Source: a virus
Reading direction: 5' to 3' (one strand)
DNA: 64,000 nt
Virus record (IMG/VR): IMGVR_UViG_3300028844_006431
Coordinates: 1 to 64,000 of that record
Positions within the stretch are counted from its first letter, which is position 1; the number at the start of each line of letters is the position of its first letter. Shown piece after piece: positions 38,675-47,268 of this stretch. The notes below the pieces were generated by a model. It made no database searches, was not told the DNA's origin, and saw only the letters and a program-made list of their open reading frames with translations. A program made the position numbers and the translations under genes.

Positions 38675-39109
38675 ATGAGAAAAACTAAATTTCGTCAGGG
38701 AAAGTTCTTCCCTAAAAATGTTGAGAGGTACAAAGGAAACTCGACTGCAGTTATTTATCGTAGCAGTTGGGAGAAACGAGTGATGCACTTTTTTGACACT
38801 TCATCCAATGTTCAATGGTGGAACAGTGAAGGTCTAATTGTTCCCTATTTGAATCCGATTGACAAGAAAGTCCACAGTTATTTTCCTGATTTTGTCTACA
38901 TGAGCAAATCAGGACAAGCCTACATGATTGAAATCAAACCATATCGTGAAACTCTTCCACCTTCGAAACGCCTGAGAAATCATAAAGCTGCCGTGATTAC
39001 CTATATTATCAATCAGTCAAAATGGAAGCAAGCTCAAGAGTTTTGTAAGAAGCAAGGCTGGCAGTTTGTTGTCTGGACGGAGAATGAACTCAAGAAGATG
39101 GGAATTTAG
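38675..39109 (+). CDS. gp4: Head completion nuclease, T4 gp4-like (TnsA/PD-(D/E)xK fold)
   Basis: YRSSWE, WWNSE, YFPDF, IEIKP, NQSKW, F.VWTE.EL. Confidence 0.93.
   Translation: MRKTKFRQGKFFPKNVERYKGNSTAVIYRSSWEKRVMHFFDTSSNVQWWNSEGLIVPYLNPIDKKVHSYFPDFVYMSKSGQAYMIEIKPYRETLPPSKRLRNHKAAVITYIINQSKWKQAQEFCKKQGWQFVVWTENELKKMGI
38752..38759 (-). promoter_or_regulatory. Late promoter motif GATAAATA for the baseplate operon, embedded in gp4
   Basis: The divergent start codons are only 10 nt apart, so promoters must lie inside coding sequence; this motif sits about 90 nt upstream of the first baseplate gene. Confidence 0.55.
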
Positions 39110-39145
39110 TGAAGAAACGTTTTTAATATATTAACAATTTTCCAC

Positions 39146-39174
39146 TTGACAACGTAACTACGTTGTGTTACAAT
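39146..39174 (+). promoter_or_regulatory. Sigma70-type (early) promoter TTGACA-17-TACAAT with an extended -10 TG and an internal palindrome
   Basis: Near-consensus boxes; ACAACGTA-AC-TACGTTGT inverted repeat at 39149-39166. Confidence 0.82.
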
Positions 39175-39216
39175 GCAATCTGACGTGTTCTTTCCCATCA
39201 ACCACGCAGGAGTGAA

Positions 39217-41082
39217 ATGAAAATATATCATATTGATAACTACCTTTCTGAACTGGACTCAAATCTCTTCTTTCGTCATAAAAAATATACTTCTCTGATT
39301 AACTCACCCACTGGCACTGGCAAGACAGAAACAATCTTTGACCGAGCAAGAACTCAAGAGAAAGTGATTGTTGCTTTTCCTTACACTTCTCAGGTCATTC
39401 AACAGGCAAAGAAGAACCCTGGCTTTCAGTGCTTGTATGATGATGCTCAATACTCAACTGAGAAGACTCAGAGAATTATTTGTACCTATGACAAGCTTGT
39501 CACCTTAATTAATCATGACGTCAATCTGAATGAATATGAACTTCATCTAGATGAATGCCACAATCTCTATGTTGCTGCTGACTATCGAGATCGAGTCATG
39601 TACTATATTGCGTCCTCCATACGCCAGAGGGCTTACCAGCAGGTCTTTTGTTACTCTAGCACATATGACTCGAAGTATCTCAGTAACTATCTGGTGATAG
39701 ACCAGCACTTTCGTATTCAGAAGAATCTTCCTGTTCGGGATGATGTTACTTGTGTTCACCTTAACAATCAGAAAATCACGCTCAATGAATCACTCTATGA
39801 CTATATTCAGAAAAATGTCTCAGTCGATGAAAAAATTCTCATCTATCGCAATAACAAAAGTGAAAACACCGCCTTGGCTGATCTTCTGGAAGATGCGGGT
39901 ATATCGACAACGCTTGTGGATAGTGATTGCAAAAATGAGCAGGAGACAATTGAGCTTCTGGAGAACGAAATGCTTTCAAAGCAAACAAAGGTCCTCATTA
40001 CCACATCAATGTTGACAGAAGGAATCAATCTGCTGAACAATAACATCACTCAGATTCATTACATTGATAAGAGTAAGAGTGCTGCTACCATTCGTCAATT
40101 CGCAAGTCGGGCGAGGAACTCTACTCATAAAACTTTCGTCTGGTACAAGAAGGATGAGACACTTCATGTGAAGAAGGATATCTTTGAAGAGTGGATTGAT
40201 TTCATTGAAACATCTGGTCGGTTGGAGAAAAACTACAACAGTCTTGTAGCTGACACGCCAGATCATCTGAAACATAAACATATCAATCACTTGCTTCGTG
40301 GTTCTTCCATGTATGACCGAACCTGGAGACAGAAAGGTTTTCGTAATGTCAGTGGTGAGATCAAGATTGATTACACCAGAATTGCGAATTATTTTTACGA
40401 GTTAGATGTGACTAATCAAAGTCACAACTCATATATTCTGGGTGAAGAACTGGAGAAGTATGATTTTGATGTGTATTATATCAATTACGATACATCTAAT
40501 ATTGATCAATCTGATATTGATTCCTCAAAAGAAAAGTCCAGAACTGTTCGTGCGATTCGTAAAGCGGAACGTCTTGAAATTCTTGAGGGTTATCGAGATG
40601 ACCAGATTGATGTGAGAAAGCGATTGAATGTTTTGCTGAGAAAAAAAGGCAAGACAGCCAATGAAAATCGTGAAATCAAGATTGCGAAAGAATGGATTGC
40701 ACTGAAGAAGAGTAATGTGGCGGAAGATGATATCATTCAAATCATTCGTAAAAATAACACAAACAAAGCCAAGTTTCGTTTGTCATTAAAAGAACAGCAG
40801 AAGAATGATCTACTCTACAGTGAACTTTCATCACTCATTCATTTGAATCAAAGATATGATGTAACTGAGAGAAGTAATCTACTTGTAATTGCTGAGAAAA
40901 ACATTCGAGACAAACATTCAATTGAACTAAATATAAGGAAAACAAAAAACAATGAGATTCATGGTAAGATTAGTAAAGGTATTTTTAATACCTTGTTTAA
41001 TACAGAGTCTCATGTCTACAGCGGCAAGCATTCAATCTCAGTCACAAACTTTGATCCGCTGTTCTTTAAAACTACTAACTGA
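39217..41082 (+). CDS. SF2 (DExH) helicase-like protein, possibly origin-binding type
   Basis: SPTGTGKT (Walker A), ICTYDK, LDECH, TTSMLTEGINL, QFASRAR; basic C-terminal domain; GGAG RBS. Confidence 0.8.
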   Translation: MKIYHIDNYLSELDSNLFFRHKKYTSLINSPTGTGKTETIFDRARTQEKVIVAFPYTSQVIQQAKKNPGFQCLYDDAQYSTEKTQRIICTYDKLVTLINHDVNLNEYELHLDECHNLYVAADYRDRVMYYIASSIRQRAYQQVFCYSSTYDSKYLSNYLVIDQHFRIQKNLPVRDDVTCVHLNNQKITLNESLYDYIQKNVSVDEKILIYRNNKSENTALADLLEDAGISTTLVDSDCKNEQETIELLENEMLSKQTKVLITTSMLTEGINLLNNNITQIHYIDKSKSAATIRQFASRARNSTHKTFVWYKKDETLHVKKDIFEEWIDFIETSGRLEKNYNSLVADTPDHLKHKHINHLLRGSSMYDRTWRQKGFRNVSGEIKIDYTRIANYFYELDVTNQSHNSYILGEELEKYDFDVYYINYDTSNIDQSDIDSSKEKSRTVRAIRKAERLEILEGYRDDQIDVRKRLNVLLRKKGKTANENREIKIAKEWIALKKSNVAEDDIIQIIRKNNTNKAKFRLSLKEQQKNDLLYSELSSLIHLNQRYDVTERSNLLVIAEKNIRDKHSIELNIRKTKNNEIHGKISKGIFNTLFNTESHVYSGKHSISVTNFDPLFFKTTN

Positions 41083-41092
41083 ACAATGAAAG

Positions 41093-41626
41093 ATGACTTT
41101 AGAAGAAGCATTTGAATATCATCACGAAGAAAATTTACCTTACTGTTTCAATCTTTTTCAACCTTACAGTAAAAAATTCTACGAGTTTTTTGCTGAAGCA
41201 AAAGAAAGGAAATTCACACATGAAGATGATCGAGAACTTTTTGAAGAAACAGATTTAGGTGAATTCGATACCTTTGAAGGTGCCTGGGTGCCTCTTGACT
41301 TACCTATTCTTTGTGAATCAAAGTCAGAGTATCAAGGTAAGAAAGTTGAACTGAACAAGCCAAAGCGAGGTGGTGACAAGAAATTCTATGTCTACACTCG
41401 CAATCCGCAAACAGGGAAGGTTATCAAAGTTTCTTTTGGCGCTGAAGGTGGTGGTGGAAGTTTGAAAGTTAAGTTTAATGACCCAAAGGCAAGAAAAAAC
41501 TTTGCTAGCCGTCATGATTGTGCGAATAAGAAAGATAAAACCAAGGCATCCTTTTGGAGTTGCAGGTTGCCTCGGTACGCTGCAAAACTTGGTATGAGTG
41601 TGAACAATCCAGGAGGCTATTGGTAA
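41093..41626 (+). CDS. Conserved T4-like phage protein (basic C-terminal domain)
   Basis: KVELNKPKRGG.KKFYVY...KVSFG...ARKNFASRH.C...FWSCR, a pattern I recognise from large T4-like phages; function unknown. Confidence 0.65.
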   Translation: MTLEEAFEYHHEENLPYCFNLFQPYSKKFYEFFAEAKERKFTHEDDRELFEETDLGEFDTFEGAWVPLDLPILCESKSEYQGKKVELNKPKRGGDKKFYVYTRNPQTGKVIKVSFGAEGGGGSLKVKFNDPKARKNFASRHDCANKKDKTKASFWSCRLPRYAAKLGMSVNNPGGYW

Positions 41627-41886
41627 ATGAACACTTTGTTCAGAATGGAAACATTCGAACAATTGAAAATGATCCAAGCCATTTCATTTGGCATCAAGAT
41701 GAATTTGACCGCATCATCTCTTTAATTTCAGGCGACAAATGGTTTCTACAAATGGAACATCAGTTGCCTGAAAAAATAGAGAAAAACAAAAACATGTATA
41801 TACAAAAAGAAGTCTGGCATCGTGTGTTCTGTACAAATACGAATGCTGAGAATCATCTAATCATTTCAATACAAGACATTCAATGA
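41620..41886 (+). CDS. Small cupin-like phage protein
   Basis: WHQD..DR, WFLQME..LP, I.KEVWHRV; probable TTG start at 41620 after AGGAGG. Confidence 0.6.
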   Translation: MVNEHFVQNGNIRTIENDPSHFIWHQDEFDRIISLISGDKWFLQMEHQLPEKIEKNKNMYIQKEVWHRVFCTNTNAENHLIISIQDIQ

Positions 41887-42962
41887 AATCTTTTAAAGAA
41901 TTACACGAAGAATATCTCGAGGAAAAAAAATATCCTAAACTGAAACAACGCAAAGATGTTAGTTCAAAAACTAAAAGCGGTAAAGATAAGTCAACACCTG
42001 AAAAAAATTATCATGGTTTGAGCAAAGGTACCGCACAGGAAAGAGAGGATCATTGGAAGAAGCAGAGAGAAAAACATCATAGTGACTCTTCAGCTTACAC
42101 ACCCGCACCTGGTGATAAAAACGCCAAGACAAAGCCTTCCAAATATACAAAGGCCTATCATAAAAAATATGGTGACCCTTCAAAGGAAAAGAAGAAGGTC
42201 AGCGAAGATGTTGAAGGAGTGAACATACCATCCGAAACTTCAAAAGAAATTGAAAGACTTTCTAAATCATATAATGTAGAAGTATCTGAAATTGTAAAGC
42301 TTTATCGTAAACTTTACGAAAGATATCGAATTATGATGAGAACTGGTAACAACGCAAGTGTTCCGAATGAAAAAGAAGCAAAGATTCTACAGGGTTCAAC
42401 AATGTCGGCTATGAAGAAAGCTTTAGAGAAAAAAGATGATGATGTAAATTCTGAAATAAAAAGAAGAAGAATGGGTGGTCAAGAACGACCTGTTCGAGAA
42501 CCTCAGGATGACCGTTTCGCTGAAATGAAAAGACGTTCACAAATGGAGTCAACTGAAAGTTCAATTAAAGAACGTGTTTTAAATGAATATTATGAAACTG
42601 TTTTTGAGGTAAATCCTGTTGAATTATATGGTGAATATTTGGAAGAAGGAAAAGCCGATACAGGATTAGCCGCTAAAGCCAAAAAAAGTGGCATATCTTT
42701 AAGTACGTTAAGAACTGTATATAATCGAGGGATGGCAGCATGGCGTGGTTCACATCGACCTGGAACTACACCTCAACAATCGGCGAATGCTAGGGTAAAT
42801 TCCTATATTGCAAAAGGTAAAACTTGGCACACTGCCGATGCAGACTTACATGGCGGAAAAAAGAAAGATAATAAAACCAAGAAAAAGGGATCATCCACAA
42901 AACAATCAACTAAACCACGTACTAAAACCGGAAGAGGTGGAAGGACTAAATTACATCCATGA
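41883..42962 (+). CDS. Basic, probably head-internal protein with a DUF5824-like domain
   Basis: N-terminus MKSFKELHEEYLEE; PAPGDK..KTKPSKYT; KAKKSGI...VYNRG.AAW..SHRPG...ARVNS. Confidence 0.6.
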   Translation: MKSFKELHEEYLEEKKYPKLKQRKDVSSKTKSGKDKSTPEKNYHGLSKGTAQEREDHWKKQREKHHSDSSAYTPAPGDKNAKTKPSKYTKAYHKKYGDPSKEKKKVSEDVEGVNIPSETSKEIERLSKSYNVEVSEIVKLYRKLYERYRIMMRTGNNASVPNEKEAKILQGSTMSAMKKALEKKDDDVNSEIKRRRMGGQERPVREPQDDRFAEMKRRSQMESTESSIKERVLNEYYETVFEVNPVELYGEYLEEGKADTGLAAKAKKSGISLSTLRTVYNRGMAAWRGSHRPGTTPQQSANARVNSYIAKGKTWHTADADLHGGKKKDNKTKKKGSSTKQSTKPRTKTGRGGRTKLHP

Positions 42963-43465
42963 AAACAAAATGTTGTGTGCCAACTGTAATACACCATATA
43001 AAACCACGTTATATTGGTGGTACAGATGAGCCTGAAAATTTGATAGAACTAACATACAAAGAACATGCCACAGCACATTTTTTATTGTGGCTACAATACC
43101 ATGATGAAAGAGATTGGTTAGCATGGCGAGGCTGCGAAGGACTTATCGGTAAAGAACAAATACATAAAGAGATATGTTCAATCGCTGGTAAGAAAAGTTA
43201 CGCTGAAGGAAAAGGAATACACGATAAGACAAAAAAATCTGAATGGGCTAGAATGGGCGCAGCCGCAGCATATGCAAAACACAAAGAAAAGATAGATGCC
43301 CAGCTGAGAGAGAATGCCCGTAGAGGAGCAGAACTTGGACTTGGTGGGCATGAAGCAGGTAAATGGATTTGGATAACTAACGGACAAGAGAGTAAGAAAG
43401 TTTTGAAAGCAGAACAACTACCAGACGGATGGCGCAGAGGTCGTCATAGTCGAAAGGCAGCATGA
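42959..43465 (+). mobile_element. Free-standing HNH homing endonuclease
   Basis: HHIKP..IGGTD...NLIELT.KEH..AH.LL; C-terminal WITNG...LPDGWRRGR DNA-binding motif; overlaps both neighbours by 4 nt. Confidence 0.85.
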
Positions 43466-44673
43466 AAGCATTTAAACAATTCGTTATTGAAGAACAACTT
43501 TTAACTGAAGGTGGTAATTCACCTTTTATTAATCGTGAAACAGGACAAGTTCTAGGTCGTGCTGAACGTATGAACATGGCATCTGTAAATCGTAAACAGA
43601 TTCAGGAGAAGTTGCTGACCATGCTTCAGGAACTTAACGTTAAATTCGGTAAAATGTTTGGCAAACCCTTATGGCCGTCTTGGTCAATTGTTGCGTCTGG
43701 TGAAGCTTTTAACGGTTCCAGTGAGCAATTTTTTGACAGCTCGATCTCTGATGCGGACTTCAAGAAATATAAGAAAACTGTTGGTGATATGGACCTGACA
43801 ATCCCTCATGGTAATCTTGGACCTTTGTTTGACTTACTTGCTACTCTCGAAAATAAAAAGCTTGCTGGAGGAACTTTTATCTACAAGGGACAGAATAAAA
43901 AGAAACAGCAGGGACATCAAATCAATTCAATCTTTCAATTACAAAATCCAAAACTCAATCTTCAAATTGATTTTGAAGGTGTGAACTACGAGAAAGATAA
44001 ACCAGACGCCTTTGGTAAGTTTTCACATAGTTCAAACTGGGAAGATATGAAAGCAGGTCTGAAAGGTCTGGGTCATAAACTTTTACTGATGAACATGGCA
44101 AGAGCCTTATCCGCAATGCATAATGTAGTTGTGCTGACACCTTCCTCAACTGCTGAAAACCCTAAAGTTTCGGAAGCAGAAACAGAAAAGTTTCCCACGA
44201 ACTTAGCATTCTCTGTTGATAGTGGCGCTCGTTTTAAATACGAGCCAGTGATGAAAGGTGAAACGCAATTAGAGATCAATGGTAAAAAGGCTTACAAGAA
44301 ACTTCCGACAAAGAATAGTAAATACACAACAAATCTAAAAGAAATTTTTTATATGATGTTTTCAAAGAAACCATCAGAAACGGATCTGATTAAGTTTCGA
44401 AGTTTTGTAGGTATTCTTTCATTGCTCAAAGAAAAGAAAATAAAAAAACAAGTAATTATAGACATCTTTGAAAACCTTCTTACAAAAAGTATGTTCTGTA
44501 AACATTGTCAGGGAACAGAAGTAAATAATCCAGATGGTGATCGAAATACAAAAATGATCATTGTCAATAAAATGGTATCAGAATTTTCGTATCTCAAGCC
44601 GATTCTGGACAAAGCTCAACCGATGATTGAAAAGTATTATCAAAACTATAAAGAAGTAAAGGTAGATTCATGA
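43462..44673 (+). CDS. Pol-beta superfamily nucleotidyltransferase-like protein
   Basis: FNGSS...VGDMDL...QIDF (GS, DxD and third Asp); N-terminus MKAFKQFVIEEQLLTEGG. Confidence 0.62.
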   Translation: MKAFKQFVIEEQLLTEGGNSPFINRETGQVLGRAERMNMASVNRKQIQEKLLTMLQELNVKFGKMFGKPLWPSWSIVASGEAFNGSSEQFFDSSISDADFKKYKKTVGDMDLTIPHGNLGPLFDLLATLENKKLAGGTFIYKGQNKKKQQGHQINSIFQLQNPKLNLQIDFEGVNYEKDKPDAFGKFSHSSNWEDMKAGLKGLGHKLLLMNMARALSAMHNVVVLTPSSTAENPKVSEAETEKFPTNLAFSVDSGARFKYEPVMKGETQLEINGKKAYKKLPTKNSKYTTNLKEIFYMMFSKKPSETDLIKFRSFVGILSLLKEKKIKKQVIIDIFENLLTKSMFCKHCQGTEVNNPDGDRNTKMIIVNKMVSEFSYLKPILDKAQPMIEKYYQNYKEVKVDS

Positions 44674-46283
44674 TGACTTTTCGCACTTTCGTAGTCAGAA
44701 AAAATTACATAACAGAAGCCGCCTCAGGTAGACTTGATACAAGTATTGTAAATGCGGACAAAGCTTTCAAGAAGAAAGTTGAGTTCTTCTTTGTCTTAGA
44801 TAAAACAGGTAATACACTCAATCCTAGAGAATATACGATTGAAGAAAAGTTTGATGGTGTCAAGTTGAATCTTTTTCGCAATAATCAAGATTTTGATCCA
44901 AAAGATTTTTCAAAGAATTGGATTGTTTCTTATAAGAACAATATTATGCATCCTGATGAATTCAAATCAGTTTCTGCTAAAAAATCAAAAGAGCAGGGAA
45001 TTGGTATCACTCAGTATCGTTTAGTGTTTGATCACTTAAGAAAGCATCATCGTCACACAAAAAGTATACCAAAGAACACTGAATTCTTTATTGAATACAT
45101 GATGAAGAAACCGACTCTCACTCGAGAGTATGAAACAAATCATTCGATGGTTCTGATTGGTTATGCTCATAATATGAAAATTGATAAGCAATCTGATTTT
45201 CGTATCTACACTAAAGAAACTACTTTAGAGAATAAAGAAAATGCTCACTATGCGGAGATGCTTGGAATTGAAAGCGGTGCGGTAGTTTTCGAAGGATCAA
45301 TTGATTCTTATAATGACCTACATTCAGGTGCTAAGAATAAATCTTTGAAATCAGCTATTTCAAAGAATAAAAAGTTTCTACAGAAATTATATAAGGACCG
45401 TAATTGGGATGAACTTTATACTCTGGTCAAAGAAATATTTCTTGAAGTGAAAAGTGTCTATGGTGGTAGTAAGACAGAAGGTGTTGTAATCAAAGATCAT
45501 TTGACAAAAAAGACATTCAAATTCTTACAAGATGACCAACATGATAAAGATGTTCGAGCAAATGTCAAATCAAATTATAAAATGAACGATGAAGAAGAAA
45601 ATAATTATTATACAAAACTTCGTGAAATTGCTACTGAAATTTTGAATGACCTTGACCTTTCACAATCTTTCAGTGAAGTGATGAAAGAAATTTCAGCTAA
45701 AGTACATCGATATAAACTACCTACCAAAATTCACACAAAGAAAAATATACATCAAGTTCGTGAAGACTTACATTTGACTACGAAGATGAAGTTTGAAAAA
45801 CTGAAAGAAGGTTGGGCTGGTGTTGTAGGCAAGTTCCGAATTGTTACAAATGAACATGTCAAGATGATTGAATCCGCTTTTGACAAAGGTTATAAAGGTG
45901 TGACTGTAATGATCGTTGCGGGTTCAAGAGATCCTGGATTAGCAAATGCGAGTAAAGAAATTCTTCAAGAAATCTTCAAAGGAAAGCCAATTGAATTTGT
46001 GATCGCAAAAACAGGTAACATTGTTTCTCTTGAAAGAAAAACTCGTAATCCAATTGTAGCCTATATATGTGGACCAGATCGTGAATTAGATTATGAAAAT
46101 CAACTCAAGTCAGCAAACAGTGATGCGATTGTTGATACTTACGATGGTGGTAAACGAGGAGAAGTTTCTGCGACTCAAGCAGAAGAAGCATTGAACAGTA
46201 ATAACTATGGCAAGTTAGCCAAAATTGTACACGAAATTGCACTTAAACAAATTGATAAATGGTCTAAGTTTATAAAGAAATAG
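44670..46283 (+). CDS. ATP-dependent ligase-fold (RNA ligase/capping-type) protein fused to a degenerate HIGH-type nucleotidyltransferase domain
   Basis: IEEKFDG (motif I), FFIEY (III), EGVVIK (IV), FK (V); C-terminal VVGKFRIVTNEH, CGPDR and VSATQA. Confidence 0.6.
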   Translation: MMTFRTFVVRKNYITEAASGRLDTSIVNADKAFKKKVEFFFVLDKTGNTLNPREYTIEEKFDGVKLNLFRNNQDFDPKDFSKNWIVSYKNNIMHPDEFKSVSAKKSKEQGIGITQYRLVFDHLRKHHRHTKSIPKNTEFFIEYMMKKPTLTREYETNHSMVLIGYAHNMKIDKQSDFRIYTKETTLENKENAHYAEMLGIESGAVVFEGSIDSYNDLHSGAKNKSLKSAISKNKKFLQKLYKDRNWDELYTLVKEIFLEVKSVYGGSKTEGVVIKDHLTKKTFKFLQDDQHDKDVRANVKSNYKMNDEEENNYYTKLREIATEILNDLDLSQSFSEVMKEISAKVHRYKLPTKIHTKKNIHQVREDLHLTTKMKFEKLKEGWAGVVGKFRIVTNEHVKMIESAFDKGYKGVTVMIVAGSRDPGLANASKEILQEIFKGKPIEFVIAKTGNIVSLERKTRNPIVAYICGPDRELDYENQLKSANSDAIVDTYDGGKRGEVSATQAEEALNSNNYGKLAKIVHEIALKQIDKWSKFIKK

Positions 46284-46288
46284 GTACT

Positions 46289-46888
46289 ATGAATGTGTTG
46301 ATTGAAATTTATGGAACACCAAAAGAAATTGTTGTTGGAGAAATCAATGAAGAACAATATGAATTCTGGAAAGAAAGAGAACATGACCTTTTGTATGGAT
46401 CTGAAGGTGAATTTCTTTCTTTCCAAGAATATTGTTTAGGAAAATATAATGAATATCAAGTCTATGAAGATTATGATTTTATTCTTGATGATTGGTCAGA
46501 TGTAAATGATGTTTATACGAATATAGGATTTTTTCAAGATGAAAACCTTAATGAAATTGAAGTCAAGTTTACACAGGTTGACTCTGAAAATTCTTTGACT
46601 ATATCATATACAGAACCTAAAATTGAAACATTCGTTGAAATTGATGAACCTGATGTTGGTTCTTTTCATTTCATAGGACAAGAAATTTATGAAAAACAAT
46701 TATGTTTTTCTGCTACTGTAAATGAAGAAGATTTGAATGAAAGTATAGTCAAAGAACTATCTTTTCAGCAAGATATCATTTATGATCAAAAAATAATCAC
46801 AGAGGTTTCTTTTCGAAATGTAAGTTTATTTAATAAAGCTAAAATAAATTCATCAGTGATTGAACAAAAATTCTATTTGAAACCTTAA
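46289..46888 (+). CDS. Highly acidic hypothetical protein
   Basis: About 43 Asp/Glu versus about 14 Lys/Arg in 199 aa (hand count). Confidence 0.6.
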   Translation: MNVLIEIYGTPKEIVVGEINEEQYEFWKEREHDLLYGSEGEFLSFQEYCLGKYNEYQVYEDYDFILDDWSDVNDVYTNIGFFQDENLNEIEVKFTQVDSENSLTISYTEPKIETFVEIDEPDVGSFHFIGQEIYEKQLCFSATVNEEDLNESIVKELSFQQDIIYDQKIITEVSFRNVSLFNKAKINSSVIEQKFYLKP

Positions 46889-47202
46889 TTTGACTCAGAT
46901 ATCAAGCGGTCGTAATCGACTTTAATTTCATAAGTGTAGTCCTCATAGAAATGAAATTTGATCAAATCATCTTCAAGCCGCTCTAAATATAAGAGTTGAA
47001 ATTTGTTTAGAAAAACTTTTTTTGAATCAACTTCACATGTAAAAAAATACTCAGAAAATTCTGATGTGTCGATAGATTCATAGCCAGGAATTTTCAAAGA
47101 TGTAGTTTTATTGTAATGAACTGTAATGTTTTGACCTTCATATTCAATAACATTTGCATTTGAAAAATTAAATAAGAAATTATCAGCTTCGACTAAAATC
47201 AT
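46885..47202 (-). CDS. Hypothetical protein (105 aa)
   Basis: AAGGAG RBS; GATAAATA on the minus strand at 47239-47246. Confidence 0.65.
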   Translation of the reverse strand: MILVEADNFLFNFSNANVIEYEGQNITVHYNKTTSLKIPGYESIDTSEFSEYFFTCEVDSKKVFLNKFQLLYLERLEDDLIKFHFYEDYTYEIKVDYDRLISESN

Positions 47203-47216
47203 GATTCTCCTTACGA

Positions 47217-47246
47217 TATAAATAATATAAGATTAAGTTATTTATC
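47217..47246. promoter_or_regulatory. Divergent late promoters: TATAAATA (+, 47217-47224) and GATAAATA (-, 47239-47246)
   Basis: Exact T4 late consensus upstream of the tail fibre genes, with a mirror motif for the opposite gene. Confidence 0.7.
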
Positions 47247-47268
47247 ACAAAATTATAAAGGTTTATTA

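Noticed and set aside
40927-40933. CTAAATA as the late promoter for the head-protein cluster
   Set aside because: It lies about 160 nt upstream inside a coding region; such heptamers occur often by chance at this AT content.
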